Assembly: GCA_001772625.1 (NCBI GenBank)
Contig: MEVA01000016.1
Location: forward strand, 298-37,490
DNA length: 37,193 nucleotides
Origin: a candidate division WWE3 bacterium RIFCSPHIGHO2_01_FULL_42_13
GTDB lineage: Bacteria; Patescibacteriota; WWE3; UBA101185; UBA10185
Direction: 5' to 3'
The translations under genes and the position numbers were made by a program. How positions within the stretch are numbered: the first letter of the stretch is position 1; every line of letters begins with the position of its first letter. Shown here piece after piece: positions 1 through 9,375 of this stretch. The notes under the pieces are model-generated. The model saw nothing but the letters and a program-made list of their open reading frames with translations, had not been told where the DNA came from and searched no databases.

Positions 1-485
1 CACATGACACTTTCCATATACGTGCGGTCTGTAGTTTTGTAAGAGTGTTCCATATCTACCCATCTTCCAATTCTATCTATGTACCATTTCCATTCAGATG
101 AGATTCTTGAGGTATATTCGTAGCAGGCCTGGGTAAACTTTTCTAAGCCGTATGCTTCAATATCTTTTCGATTTTTTATACCTAACTCTTTTTGAACCTT
201 ATTTTCGATTGTTAATCCGTGCGCATCCCAACCCCACACTCTTTCAACCCTTTTTCCTTTCATAGTCCAGTAGCGTGGAATTATGTCTTTAGCAATTGAT
301 CCTAAAAGATGCCCATAATGAGGAAGTCCAGAAATAAAGGGCGGTCCATCGTAAAACACGTATTGATTGTCTTTTGGTCTAAATTCAACAGACTTTTCAA
401 AAATCTTATTCTTTTCCCAATAATCTCTTGCCTCATCTTCCAAAACGGGAATACTTTTATTTTCAATGGTCTTAAACCTACTCAT
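1..485 (-). CDS. ileS: Isoleucyl-tRNA synthetase, type 2, N-terminal part (runs off window start)
   Basis: Not in ORF track. Manual translation from ATG at 485: MSRFKTIENKSIPVLEDEARDYWEKNKIFEKSV...YVFYDGPPFISGLPHYGHLLGSIAKDIIPRYWTMKGKRVERVWGWDAHGL. The DGPPF, HYGH (HIGH variant) and GWDxHG motifs are IleRS-like. GGAGGT SD lies upstream. Confidence 0.93.
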   Translation of the reverse strand, partial: MSRFKTIENKSIPVLEDEARDYWEKNKIFEKSVEFRPKDNQYVFYDGPPFISGLPHYGHLLGSIAKDIIPRYWTMKGKRVERVWGWDAHGLTIENKVQKELGIKNRKDIEAYGLEKFTQACYEYTSRISSEWKWYIDRIGRWVDMEHSYKTTDRTYMESVM

Positions 486-609
486 ACACTACCTCCGCAG
501 TATTTAAGAAAAAATCATCTGTTGCTTTGGCGCGTGAAACTAAGACCCCAATAACGTAGGCCGCAAAGGCTATTAGTAACAAAAAGAGAAATAAAGTTTT
601 TTTACTCAT
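478..609 (-). CDS. Small 43-aa hypothetical single-pass membrane/secreted protein
   Basis: Manual translation MSKKTLFLFLLLIAFAAYVIGVLVSRAKATDDFFLNTAEVVYE*. It fills the whole pduO-ileS gap, overlaps each neighbour by 8 nt, and has a basic N-terminus plus a ~20-aa hydrophobic helix. Confidence 0.65.
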   Translation of the reverse strand: MSKKTLFLFLLLIAFAAYVIGVLVSRAKATDDFFLNTAEVVYE

Positions 610-1153
610 TTTTATCAATCCAAATAATGTCTTCTACATTTTCGGTGAAATTAAGGTAGCGTGCAAGGGTAAAGAGTAAGTCGGAAAGTCTATTCACAAA
701 CTTTATAACGAACTTTTTCCCCATTGGATTTTTATCAAAATAGTTTACGAGATCTCTCTCAAGTCTTCGGCAAACTGTGCGGGACAGATGAACCTTTGCC
801 GAGCCTTCAGTACCACCTGGAAGTATAAAGTTTCGAAGTTCGGGAAGTTTTTTTTCCATTTCATCAATATAGTTCTCAATAAGTGTGGTCCGCCCCTCCA
901 ACCACTCAAAACTTTGGTCGGTAGATTTAGGGTTGGCTATGAGGGATCCAATCTTAAAAAGATCCCTTTGAGTGTTTATGAGAAAGTCGCGGGCTTCGGT
1001 GGTAAACTTAATTTCCGCCAGAATCAGACCTAAGGTTGCATTAAACTCGTCAAGCATTCCAAGGACATCAAAAACCGGAGAGGCTTTTGATTCTCTTATA
1101 TTTCCTATTAGTGACGTGTCACCTGAATCGCCCCTACCTGTGTAGATTGCCAT
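602..1153 (-). CDS. pduO: ATP:cob(I)alamin adenosyltransferase, PduO type
   Basis: IYTGRGDSGDTSL N-terminal motif, LDEFNA, FILPGG, RTVCRRLER, NRLSDLLFTLAR; directly downstream of a class II RNR. Confidence 0.92.
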   Translation of the reverse strand: MAIYTGRGDSGDTSLIGNIRESKASPVFDVLGMLDEFNATLGLILAEIKFTTEARDFLINTQRDLFKIGSLIANPKSTDQSFEWLEGRTTLIENYIDEMEKKLPELRNFILPGGTEGSAKVHLSRTVCRRLERDLVNYFDKNPMGKKFVIKFVNRLSDLLFTLARYLNFTENVEDIIWIDKNE

Positions 1154-1162
1154 GATGGGATT

Positions 1163-3601
1163 TTAACACACGCTATAGCCGCAGTTATAGCATTTGGCGC
1201 AACCTTCTTCTTTCACCAAAGAGGAGTTGCCACACTCGGGACACATGTCGGCATGCGCAGAGGTTTTTGGCGTGGGCTCGGTGGGTTCGGATACAGCAAT
1301 GGAGGGGGCGTTTATGTCTAATTTGAACTCTTCAATCAAAACTCTGGCAACAGCGTCGGCAATAGACGAAATTCTATTCTGGCCAAAGCCAACGGACCGG
1401 GAGCCGCCAATTCCACGCAGCTGAGTAGACATTTCAGCGACAGTGGCATGTGTATCAGCGGAAGCCTGTAACCACCCGGATAAAGCCCTTCCCAGAGCTT
1501 CAGCAAGCCCTGAAACGTCGCTGCCGGCTTTTCCAACGCTTAAAAATATTTCGAGCGGGTTGCCAGCTTCGTCGCGATTAAGGGTTACATAGGCGTTTCC
1601 TTGAGGTGTTTTTAGCTTATAAGTAGACCCCGTGAGTTTTGTAGGGCGCGCTAATATTGCTGGTCTGCCAGCGACAACAACTCCGGTTTTTTTATCTTTT
1701 GTTCCCTTGGTTTCTAAAACTACTTCGCTTCTACTTCCCGTTACATATACGGTTAGGCCTTTGCAGCCAAGTTCCCACCCCATTTTGTAAGCCGCGGCAA
1801 CATCTTCTCTTGTGGCATCAGCAGGAAAATTACAGGTTTTTGAGATTGAGTTATCAATGAAAGCCTGAATCGAAGCCTGCATTCTAAGGTGCTCGTCTGG
1901 GGTTATGTCTGCCGAAACAACAAAGGTATTTCGAATTTCCTCGGGTAAAATTTTTATATTCTGGCACGAACCTGCCTGCAAAATTTCGTCAACAATAGCT
2001 TTCCTTTCGTCACCCGATATACCAAGGTTATCTAAAGCTTTCTCAAACATCGGGCTTGTGTAAGTTAAGGTAAGTCCTGCTTCGTCCATCGCGGCTTGGT
2101 AAACGTTTCGGTAGTAAGCAAGCGCAAATACAGGTTCGCAACCGTAACCCTCAACTCCTGCCACCGTGGAGATCGTTCCTGTTGGTGCAACCGTTGTTTG
2201 AGCCGCATTCCTTATTCCATGCTCTTTGATTCCAGTTGTTATCTCAGTCCAGTCTACCGCCGGCATTCCAAAATCTCTCTTATAGGGAACTAGGGGTCTT
2301 GGAAATTCCCACCTAAAATTCTTTGGGTCATAAATACTTCCTTCAAACTTTGCGAAAGGGCCCTTTTCTTGTGCCAAAGCAATTGATGTTTTCATAGAGT
2401 GAAATCTCATAAATTCTGTGACTTGGGCCGCAAATTCCTGGCCTTCCTCACTTCCATATCTAATCCCCATCGAATACATTAAGTCAGCCAAGCCCATGAA
2501 ACCTAAGCCTATTCTTCTTGCGCCAAGCGCAGCTTCTCTTAAACGTGGGACTTCAGCAACGTAACTATTTTGAGTTACAACATTATCTAAAAACCTTGTG
2601 GAAAGTTCTATTGTTTTTCTGTAGGACTCCCAGTCAAGCTTTCCGTTTTCATCTAAATGCTGGGACAAATTTATGGAACCTAAGCAACAATTTTCATAAG
2701 GTCCAAGCCACTGCTCACCACATGGGTTTGTAGCTTTAAGTTCATATAAGTGAGGGACGGGATTAGTTCTATTTGCTTTATCTATAAACAAAACTCCAGG
2801 CTCACCATTTCTATAGGCATGCTCAACAATTAAATCAAAAATTTCGCGTGCTTGAGGTATTTCCGCTACCTCTTTTGTTTTTGGATTTATTAGTTCGTAT
2901 GTAGTGTCGTTTTGAACTGCGTGCATAAATACGTCAGTTATCGCCACTGATATATTAAAATTTGCCACAGACCCTTCCTGAGACTTACATTTAATGAAGT
3001 CTCGGATATCCGGATGATCAACTCTTAAAACAGCCATGTTGGCACCTCGTCGAACCCCGCCCTGCGCGATTTCGCCAAAAGCGGCATCATAAACCTTTAA
3101 AAAGCCGACCGGGCCGGTTGCCTTGCCGGCACTTTTTGAAACAAAGGAACCTTTCGGGCGCAAATCGGAAAAAGAAAATCCGTTCCCTCCACCAGTTTGC
3201 TGAATAAGAACGGCATTTCTTAACGTTGAGAAAATTCCATTTTCGCTACGTCCCATTTCATCGTCAATTGGAAGTACGAAACATGCGGCAAGTTGACCAA
3301 GTGGAGTTCCCGCTCCTGTGAAGGTAGGAGAATTGGGGAAAAACTTCTTAGTAGTTAACATGTTATAAAATTCAGTGGTTGAAAGTTCTACATCCCTATA
3401 TCCCTCATCTGCCTCAGCCATAGCTTTGGCTATTCTTTCAAACATCTGCTCGATTGTTTCTACAGGAGTTCCGTCTTCTTTCTTTCGCAAATATCTTTTT
3501 TCTAAAATAGTTCGGGAATTATCGCTTAACTCAATAGTTTTGTTCTTTTCGGGAACACTTATTTCAACTTGTTTATTTTCGGACTTTTCTAACCACTTCA
3601 T
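1163..3601 (-). CDS. nrdJ: Adenosylcobalamin-dependent (class II) ribonucleotide reductase with C-terminal TSCPD-like/zinc-ribbon region
   Basis: [41 protein letters not shown] and ISKTCN motifs; C-terminal CPECG...CYNCGYSVC. No N-terminal ATP cone, no nrdB nearby, PduO adjacent. Confidence 0.93.
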   Translation of the reverse strand: MKWLEKSENKQVEISVPEKNKTIELSDNSRTILEKRYLRKKEDGTPVETIEQMFERIAKAMAEADEGYRDVELSTTEFYNMLTTKKFFPNSPTFTGAGTPLGQLAACFVLPIDDEMGRSENGIFSTLRNAVLIQQTGGGNGFSFSDLRPKGSFVSKSAGKATGPVGFLKVYDAAFGEIAQGGVRRGANMAVLRVDHPDIRDFIKCKSQEGSVANFNISVAITDVFMHAVQNDTTYELINPKTKEVAEIPQAREIFDLIVEHAYRNGEPGVLFIDKANRTNPVPHLYELKATNPCGEQWLGPYENCCLGSINLSQHLDENGKLDWESYRKTIELSTRFLDNVVTQNSYVAEVPRLREAALGARRIGLGFMGLADLMYSMGIRYGSEEGQEFAAQVTEFMRFHSMKTSIALAQEKGPFAKFEGSIYDPKNFRWEFPRPLVPYKRDFGMPAVDWTEITTGIKEHGIRNAAQTTVAPTGTISTVAGVEGYGCEPVFALAYYRNVYQAAMDEAGLTLTYTSPMFEKALDNLGISGDERKAIVDEILQAGSCQNIKILPEEIRNTFVVSADITPDEHLRMQASIQAFIDNSISKTCNFPADATREDVAAAYKMGWELGCKGLTVYVTGSRSEVVLETKGTKDKKTGVVVAGRPAILARPTKLTGSTYKLKTPQGNAYVTLNRDEAGNPLEIFLSVGKAGSDVSGLAEALGRALSGWLQASADTHATVAEMSTQLRGIGGSRSVGFGQNRISSIADAVARVLIEEFKLDINAPSIAVSEPTEPTPKTSAHADMCPECGNSSLVKEEGCAKCYNCGYSVC

Positions 3602-3690
3602 ATTTAGGGAATTTCAGGGGGCGACAAGCTTCTACTGCCAGAAACAAATCTGTCGTCTGCTGAAATTACTTTTGTAACTTACTTTGGTAC

Positions 3691-3727
3691 AGAAAAAAGA
3701 AAGAGATATCGGGACGGACAACATCTC
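3691..3727 (-). terminator. Intrinsic terminator-like hairpin between ftsZ and nrdJ
   Basis: Minus strand GAGATGTTG-tccgtcc-CGATATCTC (9 bp with two G-U pairs) followed by TTTCTTTTTTCT. Confidence 0.55.
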
Positions 3728-3794
3728 GTTATGTAATATAAACACATTCGTTGAACGAGAGTCAATACTTTATGAACTTTTATGTGAAATTATG

Positions 3795-4973
3795 CTAATT
3801 ACCTCTTAAAAACGCAGGGATGTCGTACTTTCTATCGCCTTCTGGGTCAAAATCATCATCGCTAAGGCGTTCTTTCTTCTCTTCCTGTTGCGGAGCGTCC
3901 TTGCTACCGCCTGTAACTTCAATTTCAACTTCTTCTACACTTACTTCCACGTCTCGCATTTCCCGTACCTCTCTTCTTCTAGCACCTTCGGGCATACCTA
4001 ATTGCGACCTTATGTCTAACTCTGCACCAAATCCTGTAGCAATAACTGTAATTTTTATCTGATCGGTCATGTTGGCATCAATTGTGGTACCAAAAATAAT
4101 TTTGGCCTCCGGGCTTGCCGCCTCGTTAATAATTTTTGCCGCAGCATCTACTTCCTGCATGCTCATATCCAATCCACCAACAATGTTAAACAATATACCG
4201 GTTGCGCCTTCAATATCTACCTCAAGCAATGGCGAGGAAATTGCCGCTTTCGCAGCCGTAACTGCTCTGTTTTCTCCGGTACCAATACCAATGCCCATTA
4301 AAGCTGAGCCTGCGTTCTTCATAATTGTTCTTACATCCGCAAAGTCAACATTTATAAGTCCGGGCATAACTATCAAGTCTGAAATGCCCTGAACACCCTG
4401 GTGCAAAACACTGTCCGAGACTCTAAAGGCCTCAAGTACCGACATTTTTTCATCGGCTATTTCTAATAATTTTTCGTTTGGAATTGTTATAAGTGCGTCA
4501 ACTTCTTTTCTAAGAGCCGCGATCCCTACTTCCGCACTTTGCATTCTTTGGGCACCTTCAAAATGAAAAGGTTTGGTTACAACCCCAATTGTAAGCGCTC
4601 CCAAATCCTGAGCAATTTGGGCAATAATAGGAGAGGCACCTGTGCCCGTTCCACCACCCATGCCCGCGGTTATGAAAACCATGTCACTTCCTTCAAGGTT
4701 TGCTTTAATAATTTGAACAGATTCTTCCGCGGCTGTTCTACCAATTTCTGGATCAGCACCCGCCCCTAAACCTTTTGTTATTTCCTGACCAATTGGAAGT
4801 TTAATCGTGGCTTTATTTACAGAAAGCGCCTGAGCGTCTGTATTAATTGCGATAAACTCAACTCCTTGAATTTGTTGAGAATCAATCATTGTGTTAATGA
4901 CATTACATCCGGCTCCACCAACACCTACTACTCGAATTTTCGCAAATTTTTCTATTTCAGGTTTTACAAACAT
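3795..4973 (-). CDS. ftsZ: Cell division protein FtsZ
   Basis: [22 protein letters not shown] tubulin signature, NVDFADV T7 loop, C-terminal DIPAFLR peptide. Confidence 0.99.
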   Translation of the reverse strand: MFVKPEIEKFAKIRVVGVGGAGCNVINTMIDSQQIQGVEFIAINTDAQALSVNKATIKLPIGQEITKGLGAGADPEIGRTAAEESVQIIKANLEGSDMVFITAGMGGGTGTGASPIIAQIAQDLGALTIGVVTKPFHFEGAQRMQSAEVGIAALRKEVDALITIPNEKLLEIADEKMSVLEAFRVSDSVLHQGVQGISDLIVMPGLINVDFADVRTIMKNAGSALMGIGIGTGENRAVTAAKAAISSPLLEVDIEGATGILFNIVGGLDMSMQEVDAAAKIINEAASPEAKIIFGTTIDANMTDQIKITVIATGFGAELDIRSQLGMPEGARRREVREMRDVEVSVEEVEIEVTGGSKDAPQQEEKKERLSDDDFDPEGDRKYDIPAFLRGN

Positions 4974-5029
4974 ATTTAAACACTACACTATAACTAGTAG
5001 TCCAATTATATATCTACATTACAAACTTT

Positions 5030-6283
5030 TTAGGGCAGGAAGGATTTTGCTTTCTCCAATAGTCTGGACAGGATGTTTCCAATCTTACCTCGTCCGGCTT
5101 CAAATGACAATAAGGAACCGCTTCTTATAAGCCTTGACCCATAAATTACTTCCCCTACTGTTGCGGCGAATGCCGGACCTTCTATCTCATCTATAAGACC
5201 TGTCACACCTTTTGGATAACCTATTCTCACGGGAGCCTTAAGGACATATTTGGCAATTCTCTCAATTCCAGAGGTTAAGGAAGCGCCTCCAGTAAGTATT
5301 AGCCCTGCTGGAAGCTTGCCCTGTAGATCAGCTTTCTTAATTTCTAAGGCTATAAGGCTGAAAATCTCGTTTAGACGCGCATCTATAATTCCATAGAGGA
5401 GTTTTTTTGGCACCTTCTCCATATCCAAGCCAAATCCCGAAACGTCTAAATCTTCGCTGTTCATATCCCTTTCCAAGGGGCTTAGGCTTTCTCTCTCCTC
5501 ACTTAGTTTTATTTTTATGCTTTCGGATGCCTCCATATGGGCACGCAGACCAATAGCAAGGTCACTTGTAATGTGTTTCCCTCCTATTGGAAGGACATCG
5601 GAGTAAACCGGACTTCCTTCGTGGAAAGCGATAACGGAAGTGGTTCCGCCGCCTACATCTACCAGCAGGCAGCCCAAATCCTTTTCCGTATCAGTTAAAA
5701 CTGCTTCAGCCGACGCTACACCTACGTAAACCATATCCTCAACCTCAACACCCACCTGTTCAACACACTTGGCCAAGTTTCTCATTGCTGTAGCCGAACC
5801 GTGAATGATGTTAGTTTCAACCTCAAGTCTTATACCCGACATCCCGATCGGATCTCTAATACCGTCCTGGCCATCAACCATAAAGTCCCGCGGGATCACA
5901 TGGATAATTTCCCGTGTGGAAGGCAAAGAAACAGCCTGTGCCGCCTCTGTAACCCTGGCTACGTCTTCATTTGTTATTTCCGCGCCTTGATGAGAAACTG
6001 CCACCACGCCGTGTGAATTTAGAGTTTCCAAATGGCTACCGTTTATTGTCACAAAAGCCGAGGAGACTGAAACGCCTGCCATTCTTTCAGCCCGTTCTAA
6101 ACTATTGGAAATTGCCTGGACAGCATCGTCTATATCTACGACATTGCCTTTCTTTATTCCTTGTGATGGGACATTTCCGCTAACTCCAATTACGGAGATT
6201 TTATTATCGGTAAGCGCGGCTATGATGGTGCTGATTTTCGAAGACCCTATATCTATTGCTGTTATGATTTTTTCTTTGGACAT
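5030..6283 (-). CDS. ftsA: Cell division protein FtsA
   Basis: DIGSSK, DVGGGTT, LTGG actin-fold motifs; C-terminal amphipathic helix; immediately upstream of ftsZ. Confidence 0.98.
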   Translation of the reverse strand: MSKEKIITAIDIGSSKISTIIAALTDNKISVIGVSGNVPSQGIKKGNVVDIDDAVQAISNSLERAERMAGVSVSSAFVTINGSHLETLNSHGVVAVSHQGAEITNEDVARVTEAAQAVSLPSTREIIHVIPRDFMVDGQDGIRDPIGMSGIRLEVETNIIHGSATAMRNLAKCVEQVGVEVEDMVYVGVASAEAVLTDTEKDLGCLLVDVGGGTTSVIAFHEGSPVYSDVLPIGGKHITSDLAIGLRAHMEASESIKIKLSEERESLSPLERDMNSEDLDVSGFGLDMEKVPKKLLYGIIDARLNEIFSLIALEIKKADLQGKLPAGLILTGGASLTSGIERIAKYVLKAPVRIGYPKGVTGLIDEIEGPAFAATVGEVIYGSRLIRSGSLLSFEAGRGKIGNILSRLLEKAKSFLP

Positions 6284-6295
6284 TCTGTTTAAAAT

Positions 6296-7051
6296 TTATC
6301 TATACGATACTATTACTTTATCATACCGTAAATCAACCCTCTTAACATCCCTGCCCTGTGTGGCAAGTTGCTTTAGTAACGCCGAAAGCAGAGAAGCCGC
6401 TTCGTAGACATTTCTTTCCCTACTTACCAAAACCTCTATGGAGTCCGGAATAAAAAGGGAAACGTAATCTGAATGCACACTCATGCTGGACGCGCTTATC
6501 TTTTCTACGTCCAAAGCCTGCAAAAGTCCAAAGTAGGCTGAAACTAGGTTTTCGTCCAAAAAGTATCCAACGGCGATTTGGCCTGAATATAAAATTTCCG
6601 GAAAGTTTGTGGTGCCAGGCTCAATTTGCCCCAAAACATAACCTTCCTCGTCCACCAGGTAAAAATTCTCCTTTTTCTCATCATACATAACTACGGCTGG
6701 AGTTCTTTCTATTACGGAAATTTTTAGGGTGGAAGGAAAACTCTTTCGTACAAAAATTTCTTTTGCTCCCTGGAAGCTCTCCAGTAAAGACGTCTCTAAC
6801 GCTCCGGAATTAAAAATTAAAATATTTTGTCCAAAGGCACGCGATTTAACCAACTCTGCTACATCAACTTGGCTGACGAAACTTTTTGTACCGGTAACCT
6901 CCACACTTTGAATTCTAAATGCTCCCCTCTCGATAAAAACAATGTAACCTGATAAAACTATGATCAATAAAACCAAGAATAAGGTTATATAAGAGGCAAG
7001 CCTAGCAAACTTTCTTCTAAATTTATTTTTTGACGATTGAGAGTACTTCAT
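6296..7051 (-). CDS. ftsQ: FtsQ/DivIB-type POTRA domain cell division protein
   Basis: Basic N-terminus, single TM, POTRA-like segment (VEVTG...RKSFPSTLKISVIER), LVDEEG, C-terminal VDLRY; position between murG and ftsA. Confidence 0.88.
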   Translation of the reverse strand: MKYSQSSKNKFRRKFARLASYITLFLVLLIIVLSGYIVFIERGAFRIQSVEVTGTKSFVSQVDVAELVKSRAFGQNILIFNSGALETSLLESFQGAKEIFVRKSFPSTLKISVIERTPAVVMYDEKKENFYLVDEEGYVLGQIEPGTTNFPEILYSGQIAVGYFLDENLVSAYFGLLQALDVEKISASSMSVHSDYVSLFIPDSIEVLVSRERNVYEAASLLSALLKQLATQGRDVKRVDLRYDKVIVSYR

Positions 7052-8120
7052 TTACAATCCGCTCCGCAGAATCTGAAATCATATTCTCTTTAATTTTTCT
7101 ATCTCTTAATTTCATTTGATCTAAGTTCTCCAAAGCAAGTTTTACGGTTGTGACTAAAGATTTAGGCGATAAGTCCTTTTGTTCAAGGATCCGGGCAAGC
7201 CCTGCTTTATAAAGTAAAGCTGCATTTTCGAACTGCTCATTATGTGAAACCGCAGGTAACGGAATTAAAATGGCCGGCTTTTCCAGTGCTAAAAGTTCAT
7301 AAATAGTGTGAGCCCCGGATCTCCCAACGACTAAATCTGTTTTTGCAAAAATTTCACCAATCTCATCTTCCATAACAAAACTCTTCAGATTATATTTCCC
7401 TGGTGCAGTTATAGCCTCTGACTTTTTCAGCAATTTCTGGTAGTCATTAAAGATTGAAGTGTCCCCGCACTGATGGATTACATTCGATACTGACAGCAGT
7501 TCGGATAAAACCTCCAGAACCGCTTTGTTTAAGGTATGCGAACCAGTCTTGCCGGCTGTTATATAAATTGTGGGGAGGTCTGGGTTCAAGTTTAGTTTAT
7601 TAGTTTCCTGTTCGAAAATTTCTTTCCTTAGGGGAAGGCCAACCGTTACAACATTCTTGCCCGGAAAATACTTTTTTGATTCTTCCCAGGTTACCAAAAC
7701 TTTTTTTGTAAACTTAGCCACAAATTTATTGGCATAGCCCGTTACCACAGTTTGTTCATGAGTAATTGACGGTATGCCAAGAAACCACCCGGCAAAAACC
7801 ACAGGTGCAGCAAGATACCCACCAAAAGATAGAATCACGTTGGGCCTAACCTTTTTTAAAAGATAGAGAGATTGAAAAAACCCAAACGGAATTTTTAACA
7901 AACGGATAATATTTGTTGTTCTATATAATTTTCCGGCTTTAAGGTCGTAGAAAGGAACTCCAAGCGCGGTAATTTCCCTATATTCCAAAGTTGGATTTTT
8001 ATCTCTTGCTATTGAATATTTATGGCCAAACCAGAAAATTTGAACTTCGGGGGTTTTTCTAAATTCTTTAATGACAGGGATTGCGCTTGTATGATGCCCT
8101 CCGGTTATTACTACTTTCAT
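7023..8120 (-). CDS. murG: MurG-family N-acetylglucosaminyltransferase (GT28)
   Basis: TGGH, FGGY, HEQ, RSGA and QxxNA motifs. Start moved to ATG 8120 (MKVVITGG) because a TTGCAC-18-CATAAT promoter occupies 8156-8127. Confidence 0.92.
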   Translation of the reverse strand: MKVVITGGHHTSAIPVIKEFRKTPEVQIFWFGHKYSIARDKNPTLEYREITALGVPFYDLKAGKLYRTTNIIRLLKIPFGFFQSLYLLKKVRPNVILSFGGYLAAPVVFAGWFLGIPSITHEQTVVTGYANKFVAKFTKKVLVTWEESKKYFPGKNVVTVGLPLRKEIFEQETNKLNLNPDLPTIYITAGKTGSHTLNKAVLEVLSELLSVSNVIHQCGDTSIFNDYQKLLKKSEAITAPGKYNLKSFVMEDEIGEIFAKTDLVVGRSGAHTIYELLALEKPAILIPLPAVSHNEQFENAALLYKAGLARILEQKDLSPKSLVTTVKLALENLDQMKLRDRKIKENMISDSAERIVNEVLSIVKK

Positions 8121-8156
8121 GTGGACATTATGCCCACCTACCTCGCGGCTGTGCAA
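8121..8156 (-). promoter_or_regulatory. Sigma70-type promoter, probably leaderless, for murG
   Basis: TTGCAC (8156-8151), 18 nt, CATAAT (8132-8127), 6 nt, ATG. Confidence 0.55.
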
Positions 8157-8174
8157 CTAGGCATCCCTCTCATA

Positions 8175-9371
8175 TTAGGAATTTCGCGCGGAAATGTTAG
8201 CCAGCAAACCTAAACCCATTAAGCTAAAAACCAATGAGGATCCGCCGTACGAAACCAAAGGTAACGGCACGCCCGTTAGAGGAATTAGTCTGGTCATTGC
8301 GGCTACGTTCACAAAAAATTGAACGGCGATCCAGGTTGTGATTCCAGTTGCTAAAAGCCTGCCTAATAATGTTGTGGAATCTTTGGCCAGCATAAATCCT
8401 TTATAAATAAAAAAACTAAAAATTAAAATAAAAACCGCGGTACCAATAAAACCAAATTCTTCGCCAATGATCGCAAAAATTGAATCCGCGGCAACCTCAG
8501 GTAAGTACTGAAACTTTTGCCGGGATTGCCCAAAACCTAATCCCCACAACCCACCGGATCCTAAAGCAATTTGAATTTGTCTTATGTGATAACCCAAAGA
8601 TAAATCACCTGACTCTGCGGGATTTAAAAATGTTAAAAGTCTGGCCCGCCTGTAATCGGACGAAAGAATGAAACCAACCCCGGCAAGAAACAGCGGTGGC
8701 AGTAGAGCTACTAGCGGCGCTAAACTCGCCCCCGACACAAAATACATAGAAAGGCCTATTATAAAAAGGAGCGCCGCCGTGGACATGTTAGGCTGCATCA
8801 AAACCAACACCGATGTTAGCCCCACTACAATAATAAAAACCCAAAAGGGCTTTTCTTTGTTGCGCACAAATTTATCTAAAAGCACTCCTAAATAAATGAC
8901 GAGGGCAAGTTTCGCAAACTCACTGGGCTGAAAGCCCAAAACACCTAACAATGGAATTTGTGGTAAGGGCGGAGGATTAACATAAAGCCATCTATGAGCG
9001 CCATTTACGCATGGCGCAAAAATAAGGCCACCGGAACCACAGCCCGAAAAAAGGTTGGCCAAAGATAATACAACTAATGAAAGGAGGGCAATTCCAAATA
9101 GAGACAGGGAGATTCTTCTTAAAGTATCAAAATCTAATTTGAAGAAAAAGTAAAATCCTAACAAACCAATACCAAGCCATCCCACCTGCAACAAGGCAAA
9201 TCTATACGCTCCACCAAAAGCACCTTGCGAATAGACTCCGGTAGCGTTGTATATCATAACAACCCCAAAAACCAGTAGTGCAATCAGAAGAATCAGAAAA
9301 GACCTGTCTATATCTTTGATGCCATATCCAGCTTTATAAGAACTTTCCCTAGTTTTTTTTCTTGGAGACAT
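8175..9371 (-). CDS. ftsW: SEDS family glycosyltransferase FtsW
   Basis: Multi-TM; NGAHRW, FQPSEFAK, GSGGLWGLG, LPEVAADSIF, GVPLPLVSYGGSS; dcw context. Confidence 0.95.
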   Translation of the reverse strand: MSPRKKTRESSYKAGYGIKDIDRSFLILLIALLVFGVVMIYNATGVYSQGAFGGAYRFALLQVGWLGIGLLGFYFFFKLDFDTLRRISLSLFGIALLSLVVLSLANLFSGCGSGGLIFAPCVNGAHRWLYVNPPPLPQIPLLGVLGFQPSEFAKLALVIYLGVLLDKFVRNKEKPFWVFIIVVGLTSVLVLMQPNMSTAALLFIIGLSMYFVSGASLAPLVALLPPLFLAGVGFILSSDYRRARLLTFLNPAESGDLSLGYHIRQIQIALGSGGLWGLGFGQSRQKFQYLPEVAADSIFAIIGEEFGFIGTAVFILIFSFFIYKGFMLAKDSTTLLGRLLATGITTWIAVQFFVNVAAMTRLIPLTGVPLPLVSYGGSSLVFSLMGLGLLANISARNS

Positions 9372-9375
9372 AGAT

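Noticed and set aside
486-601. T-box riboswitch upstream of ileS
   Set aside because: The gap is only ~115 nt, has no T-box consensus or terminator, and is fully explained by a small ORF.
1163-3601. Intein or intron in nrdJ
   Set aside because: The frame is continuous, the length is normal and no splicing motifs were seen.
3602-3794. Canonical cobalamin riboswitch upstream of nrdJ
   Set aside because: No GGGAA, GCCACTG or B12-box elements were recognisable on the coding strand; kept only as an unclassified structured leader.
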